A program made the translations under genes and the position numbers. From IMG/VR virus record IMGVR_UViG_3300050020_000061: DNA of 64,000 nt; one strand, given 5' to 3'. Below are positions 40,224 to 51,300 of this stretch, one piece after another. Source of the stretch: a virus. The first letter of the stretch is position 1. Every line of letters begins with the position of its first letter. Below the pieces are notes generated by a model. It did not search any database and was not told the DNA's origin. It was given only the letters and a program-made list of their open reading frames with translations.

Positions 40224-41251
40224 AGCCCCCTGATGTCGAGCGAGTTGAGGCGGTTGCTGCCCGCGTTGGTGTCGACGGTGCGGGCCGTCCTCTGGCCCTG
40301 ACGCAGGGTCGCGGCCACCACGAGGTAGGTGACGATCACCCTCGACAGGGACTCACAGGGCCCGCTGATGTCCCTCAGGAGACGGTACGCCAGCCCTGTG
40401 GTGTCGCATGGGTCGTTGTCCCAGTCGAGTCCCCTCATGAGCATCAGACCCTTCGGGGTGTAGACGTTCAGCGTGCCTCTGGCGGGCGAGGTCGTGAGGG
40501 TGAAGATCCTGTGCCCAGCCGGGTCCGTCGAGACCCTCGCAGTGTCGGTGCCCCAGCCTTCGCTCTGGTTCTCGAGAGACAGGGAAGCGGAGGTAGCCGT
40601 GGCCTCGGAGCGGTCGCACAGGTCAAAGGTCCACGTCGACTTGGTCATGCCGCCGCCGGGTGCGATCCCGTGGCTGAGACCGAAGTGGCCCCAGAAGCCA
40701 GTGTTCTGCTTGGACATGTCACCGACGGCAGCGTACTTGGGCCCGATCCCGATGTTCTCCTTGCTGCCACCGTATTCGTTGTTGCCGAAATAGCGGTTGT
40801 TCAGGTAGCCGTACAGGAGGCCGCCAGCTCCGAAGCCCGTCCCGACCCCCGGCCAGTACCCTCCGGGGACCGGCACCAAGAACTCGGTGACCGCCTCGTA
40901 GTGGAGGGTCGTCGGCATCGCGATGGAGTCGTGCATGAGGTTGTCGACGTCCGTCGAGGGCACGGTGGTGTAGGGCTGGAGGTGCCACTGGCCGCAGTCG
41001 AAGTCGGTGGCACCCATGTCGGGGATGATGTGGGTGCGCCTCATTTCCCAGATGCGGGCCGTCTTGAACTGGGCCGGGAACGGCAGGATCCCCGCATTCA
41101 ACTGCTCCCCTGTGTAGACAAGCTCCCCGTCGGCGTACAGGTCAGCGTCGGTGAGGCCTGTCCAGCTATCAATGAGGATGATGCCGGGATGGTCACCCAG
41201 CGCGTTCCAGAAGCGGCGCTGCCCGACCTCGAAGGCTCCGGGGTTCGGCAT
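40220..41251 (-). CDS. minor tail / receptor-binding candidate (343 aa)
   Basis: Follows the giant tail protein with a 1-nt gap. Gly/aromatic-rich beta-type composition. No motif recognised. Confidence 0.5.
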   Translation of the reverse strand: MPNPGAFEVGQRRFWNALGDHPGIILIDSWTGLTDADLYADGELVYTGEQLNAGILPFPAQFKTARIWEMRRTHIIPDMGATDFDCGQWHLQPYTTVPSTDVDNLMHDSIAMPTTLHYEAVTEFLVPVPGGYWPGVGTGFGAGGLLYGYLNNRYFGNNEYGGSKENIGIGPKYAAVGDMSKQNTGFWGHFGLSHGIAPGGGMTKSTWTFDLCDRSEATATSASLSLENQSEGWGTDTARVSTDPAGHRIFTLTTSPARGTLNVYTPKGLMLMRGLDWDNDPCDTTGLAYRLLRDISGPCESLSRVIVTYLVVAATLRQGQRTARTVDTNAGSNRLNSLDIRGL

Positions 41252-41252
41252 G

Positions 41253-44200
41253 TCAGGCTCCCGTGACGTCCATCCCGAGCCCCGGCGTCGACATGCCGGG
41301 GTAGGGGAGGAAGTCGTAGATGTTCCACGGAGCCTCGGGATCGAGGCCCATGGTCAGATCGTACTGGGGCAGGGCGTAGAACTTCTCGCCCACGGGCTCC
41401 TTCGCCACGGTGAAGGTGATGTGGAGCTGGCGGATCACGAGGTTGATGTCGATCCCGTAGACCGAGGACTTCACGTTGATCACCTGACCAGCCTGATAGC
41501 CGGGGTCCCAGACGGTGGCGGTCGCCATCATGATCGGGTCGTCGTAGCGCAGCAGGATCGACCGAGCGCGGATGTCCAACCACTTCTGGTGGAAGATGTC
41601 CTGCCTGAACTCGGCGTACTGCCAGCGGCCGTACAGGTCGAAGGACGCCACCTCAGGGTGGGCTCGAGCGTTCGCGAGGTTCGCCTTGTAGATGATGATC
41701 CTCGCCTGATGCGCGGCCAGCGTGGTCTTCTGGTACACGCTCCTCTTGGCTGCGGGGACGGCGAGGATGTTGTTGATGTAGGTCTGCTGGGCCACGACGG
41801 CCGCCAACCAGTACCGCTCCCTCCAGTGCCCGTCACCCAGCTCATGGGTCACGAGGATCTCACCCTCGACCGTCTTGCCGAGGGTGCCCCACACGAGGAC
41901 GTCGTTCATCATCTGGCTGATGTCGGTGGTCACGGAGAGGGCGCGGGAGCTGATGCCCCCCAGCCCATCGGTGAGCGGGTACGGGGCCGTCACGGTCGCA
42001 CGGTCGTGGTACTGCAGCACCATGTAGGGGTCGATGCACCACACACCTGCCGTGATCTGGCTCACCGACTGCATGAACACCCGCAGAGGGGAGCCGGGGT
42101 CCGGCATGACCCACGGTGACTCGGGGGCCGGAGTGGCGACCGGGAACACGCCCGACTCGTAGTCGAAGCCCATGGGGAGATCAGGCAGCAGGTACGTCTT
42201 GAAGACGTACTCGATCATGTCGTCGTCCATGGTGCCCTTCTTGAAGGCAGGCCAGTTTCGGTAGGGGCCAGCGTCCCCGCCCGTCTTGTGGTGGTTGGCG
42301 AACTCCCACGGCCAGTTGCGGACGACGAGGCGGTCGAACAGGATGTTGTAGTCGACCCCGTGGAGCACGGTCTTCGGTGCCACGGCAGCCTCGAAGAAGT
42401 AGCCCCTCTCCACGTCCGTGACGAAGCCACCGAACACCCTCAGGCCGTCGATCTCGAAGTGGATCTCCTCGCCCCCGACGAACTCGTTGTGAGCGCCCTT
42501 CATGGTGATCGTGAAGGTGCCGGGGCCGGTGCGGGCCATCTGGGTGAACTCGGTGCCGCTCCAGATGCAGTCCCCCGTGATCTCGACCCACGTCTTCTGG
42601 GGCTCACGCGCCATGCGGAGCCGCATGAGGTCGTAGTTGTAGGTCTTCAGGTCGATCTCGTACGCAGCCTGCTGGGCGTCCGTCGGATCCTTCACGGCGA
42701 GGTAGGTGTCGAGGTAGGCCCGCATCTTGCTGGTCGCATCCATCCAGAACTCGCTCGGATCCTGATAGCGGGCGACGAGCAGCTCCTTCTGGAGCCATGC
42801 GATCTGCTCGCGGAGGTCTTTGATCGCCGCGTTCTCGGCTGGGATGCGCTCGTCCACGGGGATGCAGAGGAGGGCGTCGAGGCGTGCCTGCAGAGCCGCG
42901 ATCTGGCGCAGGATCGAGGCCACGAGGTCCATGTCGGCCTGTGGCAGGGGCTGGGCGAAGCCAGCCTCGATCTTGACCGCGAACTTGCGGGTGAGCATGG
43001 GCGGGTTGCCGAAGGGATCGGTGGGAGCGCCGCCGTCACCGGGGAAGATGATGTAGCTGCTGCCCCTGACGTAGGCACCGATGGTGAAGCCGCCCAGCCC
43101 GCCGCCCTTGGGCGCGATCCACGCGTCGACCGTGAACCATGGGGCCACCATGGCGTCGAGGGAGAACCCGGCGGGAGGCAGGCAGATGTAGGCGGCGAGG
43201 TAGAACCTCGAGACCCGCTCGATGGACACGACAGCGTCGATGGAGACCCCGCCGCGCATGTCGCCTATGGACACGATCTCTGCGTCTATGTGCATCTGGC
43301 TCATAGGCGTCAGATAGGCCTTCCACGCCTTGATCGTGAAGCTGCCCGTGCCCGCGAACTGGACGGGCACGAGGAACGCATCGATGGTCAGGAAGGGCTG
43401 GATGTAGGCGTCGATGGTCACGCACGGCTGCCAGACCACCGCATCCATGGTGAAGTGCTGGGGCACGATGGTCGCGAAGATCTTGAAGAACGAGAACTCC
43501 CTGCCCCGAATGCTGGCATCCAGCGTCCACGAGCCCCGCTTCTCGCCCTGAGCTGACACATCGGCAGCGAGAGTGAAGGCACCCTGCTTCTCGCGGCCCA
43601 CGATCTCCGCGTCGATGGTGATCGGCTCGCCCATGGTGCCCACGATCCACGCATCGATGGTCGGAGCTGGGTGCGAGATCACGACGTCGTCGTAGCGGTA
43701 GCGAGACCAGATGGCCGAGCCGATCATTGAGGGCTCGAAGGTCCCGGTGTTGTTCAGGTAGACGTACTTGGGCTCGCTGTAGACCGGGATGGCGGTGAAG
43801 ACCCAGCCGCCGTTGTCCATGGGTACGAGCGAGGTGCCCCACTCCCCGCCCGTCATGCTCTGGTACGGGGCGCACCACTGGTTCTCGTTCGTCGACGCGA
43901 GACCGAAGTCGTTCTCGGGGCGGCCGGGGCCCACTGGCATCTCGTAGATGTAGAAGACGACCGGCAGGTTTGGCACCGCGTCGAACGGGCCGAAGAGAAT
44001 GTTCGGGTAGATCGTGCCGAGAGCGATACCGTCGCGACCGGGGAAGTCGAGGCGCTCCGTGATCTGGTGGAGGACGCGGACCACCTCGCCCTCGCCCTCG
44101 TAGACCACCGTGTGCTCGCTCGAAATGAAGGCCTCGATGTCGAAGCTGGTCCGCACCACCGAGGTGATCTGGGCGTCGATGAACCAACTGGTGATCGGCT

Positions 44201-46685
44201 GCCCCGGCAGGATGATCGCGGCCTTGATCGTGAACGAGCCGGTGGGGTGGGTAGCCTTGACCGCGTCGATGTAGAAGTGCGGGTGCAGCCACATCTCCCA
44301 GTACTGGTCCCAGTACGCGGAGGCGTCGTACTTCTCGGCGCTGATCGTGAAGGACCCGGTCCCCTGACGGCGGCCCTTGATCGCGAAGATCGTGAAGCGG
44401 GACTGCTGGTCAGGGGCGTAGATCACCGCGTTGATGAGGAAGCCGGTGATCCCCGCGCTGATCGTGAAGCTGCCTGTCGGGCGGCGGACGATGGCCGCCC
44501 TCAGGGTGGTCGACCCATACCCGTGGCTCAGGACGAGGGCATCGATCCCGAAGGAGGGCTGGACGAACGCATCGATGGAGAAGCTGCCGGGGATGATGTT
44601 CGAGACGTAGGCATCGATGAAGATCTCGAAGGACCCCGGAATGGAGCCCTTGAAGATGACCGCGTTGATGCGGAAGTAAGGCTTGATGACGGCGTTGATG
44701 GAGAAGCTCGAGGCGATCCCCGAGTTCTTCCACGCATCGATCTTGATGCCACGGTCATCGTGCCGGTAGTAGGTGATGACCTTGGCCGCACGGATCTCGA
44801 AGAACGGCTGGATGTAGGCGTCGACCGTGAAGGTGGCGTAGACCGGGTTCGTGATCCACGAGGCAATGTGGAGGGTTCCAGCCTGAGAACCCGTGACAAT
44901 GGCCCTGATCGAGAAGTAGCCACTGATGAAGGCCCCGACCGTGAAGGAGCCTGTGACCTTGCGGATGATCCATGCGTCGATGGGGATCTCGCACTTGATC
45001 CACGCGTCGACCGTGAAGTGGCGCGGGACGATCCGGGCGTCGATCCTGAAGAACGGCTGGATCCATGCTGCGACCGGGAACGCCGAGACGACGCGGATCT
45101 GCTTGAACGCATCGAGCGTGAAGTCGAAAGCGAAGGTCCAGACGAAGTTGGCGTCGATGGTGAACGTCGGGCTGATGAACGCGTCGATGCTGAAGTGCAG
45201 CGTCGAGGTGTTCCAGTCCTTGTAGGACCCGAGGCCCGTCAGGGACGGCCGGTAGACGTTCCCCTTCGAGGAGTAGACCCGGTAGGAGCCGGGGATGGGG
45301 AAGACGAAGTGCTCACCCGGCGTGGTCGGGATGGAGTACCTGATCGCACCCGTCGAGCTGATGATCCCCAAGTCCCCGCCGTCACTGGGCGGGTTGACCA
45401 CCACCACCACAGCAGGCTTGCCCGCCTCGACAGAGACGGAGGGGGACAGGATGTTGGCCGTCTGCCCGAGGTAGGTGGCGCTCACCCCCGGATAGGCGAG
45501 GGCCTTCTGGGTGGGACCCACCGTCGCGAGGATGACCGCATCGAGCTTGAACTCGAGGCAGATCTCCGCGTTGATGTAGAAGTACGGGTGGATGTAGGCG
45601 TCGATGTAGAAGAACGGGACGTGGAACGCATCGATGCTGAACGACGCCGTCTCCGTCGCCTTCTGGACAGCGTCGACCCTGAAGTAGGGGTGGATGAAGG
45701 CGTCGATGGAGAAGCGCGGCCGAATGACCGCGTCAATGGAGACCGAGCCCGTCTCCGCCCTGAGCTTGATCGCGTCGACCCTGAAGAAGGGCTGGATGAA
45801 GGCGTCGACGAAGAAGACCTGACCGAAGACGGAGTTGATCGTGAACGACCCAGCAGGGGTCGCCTTGATCGTGGCGTCGACGAGGAACTTCTTCGGGACG
45901 AGGAGAGCGGCGATGGAGAACGAGCTGGTGCGCTCCGCCTTCAGGGCAGCCCTGATGCGGATGGCCTGACGTGAGGACTGCACCTGCACGCTGCAGCCGG
46001 GGATGAGTGTCTCGCCCGAGTAAACGACGTAGGTGACCGTGCTCGACGTGAACGAGTCGGTGTCGATGCCCGTGGCTGAGAACGTCCGCGCCCCGACATA
46101 GAAGTCGGACGCGCCGCTGATCTTCAGGACCGAGAGGACGTACTTGCCCGTGGTCGGGGCTTCGTCGACGAAGGACCCGACGGCGTGCCACTGGTAGCCG
46201 CTGGAGTTGTCCCCGTAGTCCCAGCTACTGCCCTGTGGGTCGCTGGTGGCGAGCAGCTCGCCGCTCAGGTTGTCCCGGCGCAGCAGGATGATCTCGTGCT
46301 TGAAGACGGCCACCTGCGAGTGGCTGAACCAGACGTCCCACGAGATGGAGACGGGGACGCCAGTGGCCTCCATCGTCCGCAGGGCGATGGCGTCCAGCGT
46401 GAAGCGCGGCATGATGACCGCGTCGGCGGTGAAGGAGCCAGTCCGCGTGAGGCGGATGACGGCCGCGACCGTGAAGGATCCGCCTCGAGTCGCCTTCAGA
46501 ACCGCGTCGATCTTCGCCCAGCGAGCGATGAATGCGTCGAGGGTCAGGCTCCCCGTCTGGGTGCTTGGACCTCCGCCTGAGACGTCCTGAAACGCATTGG
46601 CCTGATACGCGCTGTCCTGAAAGGCGTGGAGACCGTTGTCGAAGACGGTCGCAGCGAAGACGCCGGGGTCGAAGATGCCGCTCAC
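41253..46685 (-). CDS. giant minor tail protein (1810 aa): N-terminal about 1200 aa is a degenerate F-x-I-D-A repeat array with three globular insertions; the C-terminal about 600 aa is a paralogue of the 46784-48385 tail protein
   Basis: GTG 46685. Example repeats: SFSIDAFISPTFTIDANF, QPFFRIDARIVPRHFTVDAWIKCEIPIDAWI, HPYFRVDAVQKATETASFSIDAFHVPFFYIDAYIHPYFYINAEI. C-terminal matches to the neighbour: VLHGVDxNILFDxL, TTDISxxxNDV, GRxQxAE, IRARS. Confidence 0.8.
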   Translation of the reverse strand: MSGIFDPGVFAATVFDNGLHAFQDSAYQANAFQDVSGGGPSTQTGSLTLDAFIARWAKIDAVLKATRGGSFTVAAVIRLTRTGSFTADAVIMPRFTLDAIALRTMEATGVPVSISWDVWFSHSQVAVFKHEIILLRRDNLSGELLATSDPQGSSWDYGDNSSGYQWHAVGSFVDEAPTTGKYVLSVLKISGASDFYVGARTFSATGIDTDSFTSSTVTYVVYSGETLIPGCSVQVQSSRQAIRIRAALKAERTSSFSIAALLVPKKFLVDATIKATPAGSFTINSVFGQVFFVDAFIQPFFRVDAIKLRAETGSVSIDAVIRPRFSIDAFIHPYFRVDAVQKATETASFSIDAFHVPFFYIDAYIHPYFYINAEICLEFKLDAVILATVGPTQKALAYPGVSATYLGQTANILSPSVSVEAGKPAVVVVVNPPSDGGDLGIISSTGAIRYSIPTTPGEHFVFPIPGSYRVYSSKGNVYRPSLTGLGSYKDWNTSTLHFSIDAFISPTFTIDANFVWTFAFDFTLDAFKQIRVVSAFPVAAWIQPFFRIDARIVPRHFTVDAWIKCEIPIDAWIIRKVTGSFTVGAFISGYFSIRAIVTGSQAGTLHIASWITNPVYATFTVDAYIQPFFEIRAAKVITYYRHDDRGIKIDAWKNSGIASSFSINAVIKPYFRINAVIFKGSIPGSFEIFIDAYVSNIIPGSFSIDAFVQPSFGIDALVLSHGYGSTTLRAAIVRRPTGSFTISAGITGFLINAVIYAPDQQSRFTIFAIKGRRQGTGSFTISAEKYDASAYWDQYWEMWLHPHFYIDAVKATHPTGSFTIKAAIILPGQPITSWFIDAQITSVVRTSFDIEAFISSEHTVVYEGEGEVVRVLHQITERLDFPGRDGIALGTIYPNILFGPFDAVPNLPVVFYIYEMPVGPGRPENDFGLASTNENQWCAPYQSMTGGEWGTSLVPMDNGGWVFTAIPVYSEPKYVYLNNTGTFEPSMIGSAIWSRYRYDDVVISHPAPTIDAWIVGTMGEPITIDAEIVGREKQGAFTLAADVSAQGEKRGSWTLDASIRGREFSFFKIFATIVPQHFTMDAVVWQPCVTIDAYIQPFLTIDAFLVPVQFAGTGSFTIKAWKAYLTPMSQMHIDAEIVSIGDMRGGVSIDAVVSIERVSRFYLAAYICLPPAGFSLDAMVAPWFTVDAWIAPKGGGLGGFTIGAYVRGSSYIIFPGDGGAPTDPFGNPPMLTRKFAVKIEAGFAQPLPQADMDLVASILRQIAALQARLDALLCIPVDERIPAENAAIKDLREQIAWLQKELLVARYQDPSEFWMDATSKMRAYLDTYLAVKDPTDAQQAAYEIDLKTYNYDLMRLRMAREPQKTWVEITGDCIWSGTEFTQMARTGPGTFTITMKGAHNEFVGGEEIHFEIDGLRVFGGFVTDVERGYFFEAAVAPKTVLHGVDYNILFDRLVVRNWPWEFANHHKTGGDAGPYRNWPAFKKGTMDDDMIEYVFKTYLLPDLPMGFDYESGVFPVATPAPESPWVMPDPGSPLRVFMQSVSQITAGVWCIDPYMVLQYHDRATVTAPYPLTDGLGGISSRALSVTTDISQMMNDVLVWGTLGKTVEGEILVTHELGDGHWRERYWLAAVVAQQTYINNILAVPAAKRSVYQKTTLAAHQARIIIYKANLANARAHPEVASFDLYGRWQYAEFRQDIFHQKWLDIRARSILLRYDDPIMMATATVWDPGYQAGQVINVKSSVYGIDINLVIRQLHITFTVAKEPVGEKFYALPQYDLTMGLDPEAPWNIYDFLPYPGMSTPGLGMDVTGA
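43065..46560 (-). repeat. coding tandem-repeat array (about 11-residue / 33-nt period, highly degenerate)
   Basis: GCGTCGATGG / GCATCGATGG / GCGTCGACC strings recur on the plus strand every few tens of nt. On the protein they give h-x-(I/V/L)-(D/N)-A-x-(I/V). Confidence 0.75.
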
Positions 46686-46700
46686 ATGTCACCGGACACA

Positions 46701-46727
46701 ACAAAAGAGCCCCGCCGTTCGGGGCTC
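46701..46727 (-). terminator. intrinsic terminator between the two minor tail genes
   Basis: Minus strand: GAGCCCC-gaacggc-GGGGCTC followed by TTTTGTTGTG. Confidence 0.7.
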
Positions 46728-46740
46728 CTCGTCGTTCTCG

Positions 46741-46778
46741 CCATGGGATTGGCCTTCATTTCGACCATGGGATTGGCC
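46741..46778. repeat. 14-nt direct repeat CCATGGGATTGGCC x2 (24-nt period)
   Basis: Copies at 46741-46754 and 46765-46778, between the stop at 46784 and the terminator. Confidence 0.85.
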
Positions 46779-46783
46779 GCCGA

Positions 46784-48385
46784 TCAGACTGCGTTGGCGT
46801 CCAGATTGTGCCAGACGTGGTACTCGACGTAGACGCTCTTGGCTGCCTTCAAGAGCTGGAAGGTCCCGAGGTCTGGACTGGTCTCGAGGAACCCCGCTCC
46901 ACCCGCGCTCTGCGGGTCGGGCACGCTCGTCAGGCGAAGCCCCTGTGCCACCACCGTCAGGCTGTCGCGGACGTAGGCGTAGGTGAGCTGCCACTTGTTC
47001 CCCGACATCGGGGTGGCCCACTCCTTCACCAGCACCATCGGTGAGGCCACGATGTAGGGGTAGTCAGTTCCGTACTTCGAGCGGTCGATCACGTTGAAGT
47101 TGGGCTGGACGAGGCCCCTCGCCGGGGGACGCTTCAGGGCGAGGAGCAGGCCCCACGGATCCTGCGTGTCGAAGCTGCAGGTGACCCGGTACTCCACCGT
47201 CGTGGGAGTGGGGAAGCTCATGTCGATGGCGCGGACTGGCAGGTTCACCCCGCTCTTCGTCTGCGGACCGAACACCGGGTCGTAGGTGGTGAAGGTGTGG
47301 ACCCCCGAGAAGATGCTCACGATCTGGCCCGGATAGAGACCGTGCTTGTAGATCGTGAACTCGGCCCGCATCGCAGGCACGCCCTCCTGATTGAGGATCT
47401 TGTTCGACCTCGCCCTGATCATCCCCGCCAGCCAGTCGGAGCCCATGGTCTCGGCCCACTGGAAGCGGCCGTACTGGTTGACCGAGGCCGCCAGTGAGTT
47501 GTGGACGTAGAGCAGGAACTCCTGCGTCGACGTTGGAGTCGGGTCGAGAGAGCCGGTGAAGATGATGACGTCGTTCTTGAGGCGGCTGATGTCGGTGGTG
47601 ATCGTGAGGGACTTGCAGGCCACGCTGCCCTCGTTGTCTCCAACGGAGAACGGGGCCCAGTCGGTGTCCTGCTCCTTGTAGACGATGTAGCCCTCGGGGT
47701 CGATGTACCAGATCGAGGACCCCGGCATGCTCCTCAGGATGTTGGCCGAGACGTCGGTGAAGAATGCCCTCAGGGAGGTCCCCGCAGACGGTGGGGTCCA
47801 CGTGGCACCCGTGTCGCCCGTGTTGATGACGGCGACCTCGTCGATCCGGCTGTCAGCGGGGTTGAGCTGGCCCCACTTGATCAGCGGGCTGACCTTGTCG
47901 AGGTCGAAGCTGGTCAGCATCTTGGTGATGTACGCCTTGTCGGTGGTGCCCTTGGGCACCGCCACCACGTAGCCCGAGATCTGGCCGTTGGTGGTCACCT
48001 TCTGGCGCTTGTACCCACCCAGCCCGGTCTTCGGGTTGCTGCCATCGGGATACCACGTGGGCTTGAAGCGGTTGTACAGGTACAGCTTGTCGAACAGGAT
48101 GTTCAGATCGACACCGTGCAGGACCATGCGCGGCTCAGGTGCGTCGGGGAAGACGTAGCCCTGCTCGAGCACGAACAGGTAGCCCCACCACATCCTCACG
48201 CCGTTGATGTAGAGGGCGATCAGATCCCTCCCCGGAGAGAAGGTGTAGAGAGCCCTCAGGGTGACGGTGCAGGACCCCGGCTGGGCTGCAGCCACGGCCT
48301 GAAAGTTGGTTTGGCTGAAGATGACGTCCGCCGTGACATCGGTCGTCCCGACCGTGATCGTGACGACCGCCTCCTCGACGTCCAT
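46784..48385 (-). CDS. minor tail protein (533 aa; distal-tail/hub position directly after the tape measure)
   Basis: I trimmed the start to ATG 48385 (MDVEEAVVTITVGTTD...), overlapping the tape-measure stop by 1 nt. Paralogous to the C-terminus of the 1810-aa protein. Confidence 0.75.
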   Translation of the reverse strand: MDVEEAVVTITVGTTDVTADVIFSQTNFQAVAAAQPGSCTVTLRALYTFSPGRDLIALYINGVRMWWGYLFVLEQGYVFPDAPEPRMVLHGVDLNILFDKLYLYNRFKPTWYPDGSNPKTGLGGYKRQKVTTNGQISGYVVAVPKGTTDKAYITKMLTSFDLDKVSPLIKWGQLNPADSRIDEVAVINTGDTGATWTPPSAGTSLRAFFTDVSANILRSMPGSSIWYIDPEGYIVYKEQDTDWAPFSVGDNEGSVACKSLTITTDISRLKNDVIIFTGSLDPTPTSTQEFLLYVHNSLAASVNQYGRFQWAETMGSDWLAGMIRARSNKILNQEGVPAMRAEFTIYKHGLYPGQIVSIFSGVHTFTTYDPVFGPQTKSGVNLPVRAIDMSFPTPTTVEYRVTCSFDTQDPWGLLLALKRPPARGLVQPNFNVIDRSKYGTDYPYIVASPMVLVKEWATPMSGNKWQLTYAYVRDSLTVVAQGLRLTSVPDPQSAGGAGFLETSPDLGTFQLLKAAKSVYVEYHVWHNLDANAV

Positions 48386-51300
48386 CAGACGGCTGGACCA
48401 CGCAGGCCGAACATCTGGCCCTTGCGAGCGAGGGTCTTCTCTACCTCGGCCGCCACCTGACGCGCCAGATCCGTGATGTCCTGATCGTTGCGAACGGAGG
48501 TCCCTGTGATGTTCACCGTCAGGTTCATCGGGCCCACGCCACCGCCACTGGGAGCGAGAGTGGCGGCTCGCGGGTTGCGGAGGATCGCGACCGCCTCGCT
48601 GCCAGCCTCGCCGATCATGGCGTGGGTCGGCATCGAGGTGATCCCCACTGCACCGGAGGCGATCCCGAAGATGCGCTTGTAGTAGGGGTCCACCCCACCG
48701 GCCTTGGCGAGGCCACCGGGGCCGAGGTGCCACGGGGAGCGAGCGATGGCGTTGAGCTGGGCGTTCGCGCTCTGGCCCACCGTGCCCATGATCCCCGAGT
48801 AGTACGAGCTGGACTTGATCAGGTTCGCGGCTGCGGCAGCGCCTGCCTCAGGGGTCGCGAAGCCAGCAGGCTGGCCCGGACCCTTCATGATCCCGAGGTT
48901 ATTCAGGGGCCCGACCTCGGCCTGCGCCCACTTCCGTGAGGCTTCGACCGTCAGGCCGGTGTTCTTGGCGAGGGCCGCAGCGAACCGATCCAGCCGCTCG
49001 TTCTTGGGGAGGTTGGCCGTGGTCGAGGGAGAGAACGAGGGGGCGGCGACCTTGGGGTTGGCGGCCTTGGGGTTGTCCCCCGGAACCGTCGGGGTGGCGG
49101 CGGCCTGAAGATCCGAGATGGCCTTGGCGAGGGAAGCCACGGACGCGTCAGCGAGGACGACCTTGGGGAAGCTGGTCTGGATGGCCCGCATCCAAGCGTT
49201 GATGTTCGTGTCCGTCAGGGCCACGTCGGTGGGGCCGTTGTTCCCCGTCAGCGGACGAGCGTTGCGGATGATCGCGACGGTCTCGGGGCCAGCCTCGCCC
49301 ACGATCATCTCGGTGGCGTGACCGATGCTGCCGAGGAACCCGGCCGCGTTCTTCTTGCCGCCGCCGCCGCCGCCCGAGGAGACAGGGGCGTAGCCGGGGA
49401 CCACCACGACCGGAGTCCCAGTGGATCCGAACCCGGAGGTCGGTGCCGTCAGGACGGTATTGCCGCTCTTGTCGGTCGTCTTGGTGTAGCCGAGGGCCTC
49501 GTAGACGGCCTTGACCCCGTCCTTCACGGAGCCAGCGAACTGCCCAACACCCTGCGCGGCAGCGGACAGGGCGTCTGACCAGTTGCCCGTGGCCGTCCCG
49601 AGGATGGCGTTCATGCCCGCCACCTTGGTCGCCAAGATCGCCTGCTGCTTGGCGATGTTCTCCTGCGCCGTGATCGCGTAGCCCTCGGCGTTGCGGGCCA
49701 ACTGCATGTTCGTGATGGCCTTGGAGGCGTCGAGAGCGGCACGGTTGGCGTTCTCGTTCCAGATCTTCTGGCCGAGATCGAACTGCTGGGTCGCGATGTT
49801 GAGCTGCTGCTGCTGGATCGAGGCCTTCTGGATCGCCTCGACCTGAGCGAAGTACCGCTCCTCTCCCGTCTGTCCGGGGGCGGAGAACTGGGCCTGAGCC
49901 AGAGCCGTGGTGATGCTGCGCTGCTGGAGCTGCAGGCTCAGGCTCTGGTTCATGATGTCCAACTTGTGGGACATTCCCTGCCAGATGCCGAGCTGGGTGG
50001 CGGTCCCGCTCACGCCGGAGGTGTTCTTGATCCCGGCCCCAGAGATGGCACCGAGGGCGTCCCCCACGGCGCGGCTGGCGAGGCGGATCTGGTTGTCCCA
50101 GTTGAACTGGCTCGCCTCCTGATTGAGCTTGCCCATCTTCGTGGTGAGATCGGCGATCTTCGCCGACGACACGTTCGCCTGAATGGCGAGCACCGCGAAG
50201 TCAGGCAGGGAGGCCGGGTTGAACTGCCCGACCTTCGTGAGCGCCTCGAACAGGCCCTTGCCGGAGATGGCAGCCAACTGGGAGTTGGCGGCGGCCGTGG
50301 ACGCCAGCGACTGCTGGGCCATGCCCGCAGCGGGGCCGGTCAAGCCGGTCGCGGTCGCGCTCGGCCGACCTGTCTCAGCTCCCTTGAAGAACCCGAGGCC
50401 GGGGGCCACCAGAGGCTGCTGGAGCAGGTTCTGGGTCATCTGGAAGGGGATCTCGAGGGCCATGGTGAGCTGCTGCTGGGCCTGACGAGACTGCTGCTGG
50501 GCCTGAAGCTGGCGGATGTTCAACTGGGCCCAGACGCCGGGGTCGACGAGGTTCTTCCCGGCTGCGGTCTGCTCGATGGCGTCCTGATGCTGCTTGATCT
50601 GATCGGCTGCCGTCTTCGAGCTGTCGACGATCTGGCCGTTCACCTTCATGACGATGTTCGACTGCATCGCCAGATTGGCGCTGTACGTGTCGCCAGCCTT
50701 GGTGGCGATGGCGACCGCCTTATCGACCTCGTCCCACGACTTGGCGACTTCCCACGTCACCTTCACGGACTTCTTGCCGGAGACCTCCATGTTCTTCCCG
50801 GCCCGATCAGCGGCAGACCCGAGATCGTTCAGCGCGTTGGTCCGGGCATTCACGTCGATCTGACCCATGCCGATGTTGGCGTCGAACTTCGGGAGCTGGG
50901 CAGCCTTCTGCTCGGGGGTCATCTGGTAGTTGGAGCTGTAGTTGCCTGCCCCGATGGATCCGATCAGCGCCCCGGCGATAGCGCCGATGGCAGTCCCCGG
51001 ACCCGGCAGGATCGAGCCGATGGCCGCCCCTGCCAGAGCGCCACCCACGCCACCAATCGCGGTGCTCGCGCCTACGTCGCCGGGTGTCGCCATCCCGGCC
51101 GCCTTGGCCTTGTAGTCGATGTACGCCTGCTCGTTGGGGCTGGTGACGTAGTTGGCCCCGGTAGCGATCTGGTTGAGGGTCCCGGTGACGCCATTCCCGC
51201 CGGTCTCAGCCTTGCTGTAGCCGCTGAACTGACCGGCAACGGTCTCCATGAAGCCCTTGCCGCCGCCCATCTGCTCGGCGAACAGAGCGGACCCGAGAAC

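Noticed and set aside
36841-41251. A dedicated endolysin next to the holin.
   Set aside because: I could not recognise an amidase, muramidase or peptidase signature in 37675-38924 or 39792-41251. The only lysozyme-like domain is the secreted SLT-type protein at 36841-37446 on the other strand, so I make no endolysin call.
43065-46560. The periodic GCGTCGATGG-type strings as a CRISPR array or a non-coding satellite.
   Set aside because: The repeats are degenerate, lack uniform spacers, and lie in one continuous 1810-codon frame where they encode a consistent peptide motif. They are a coding repeat, not a CRISPR array.
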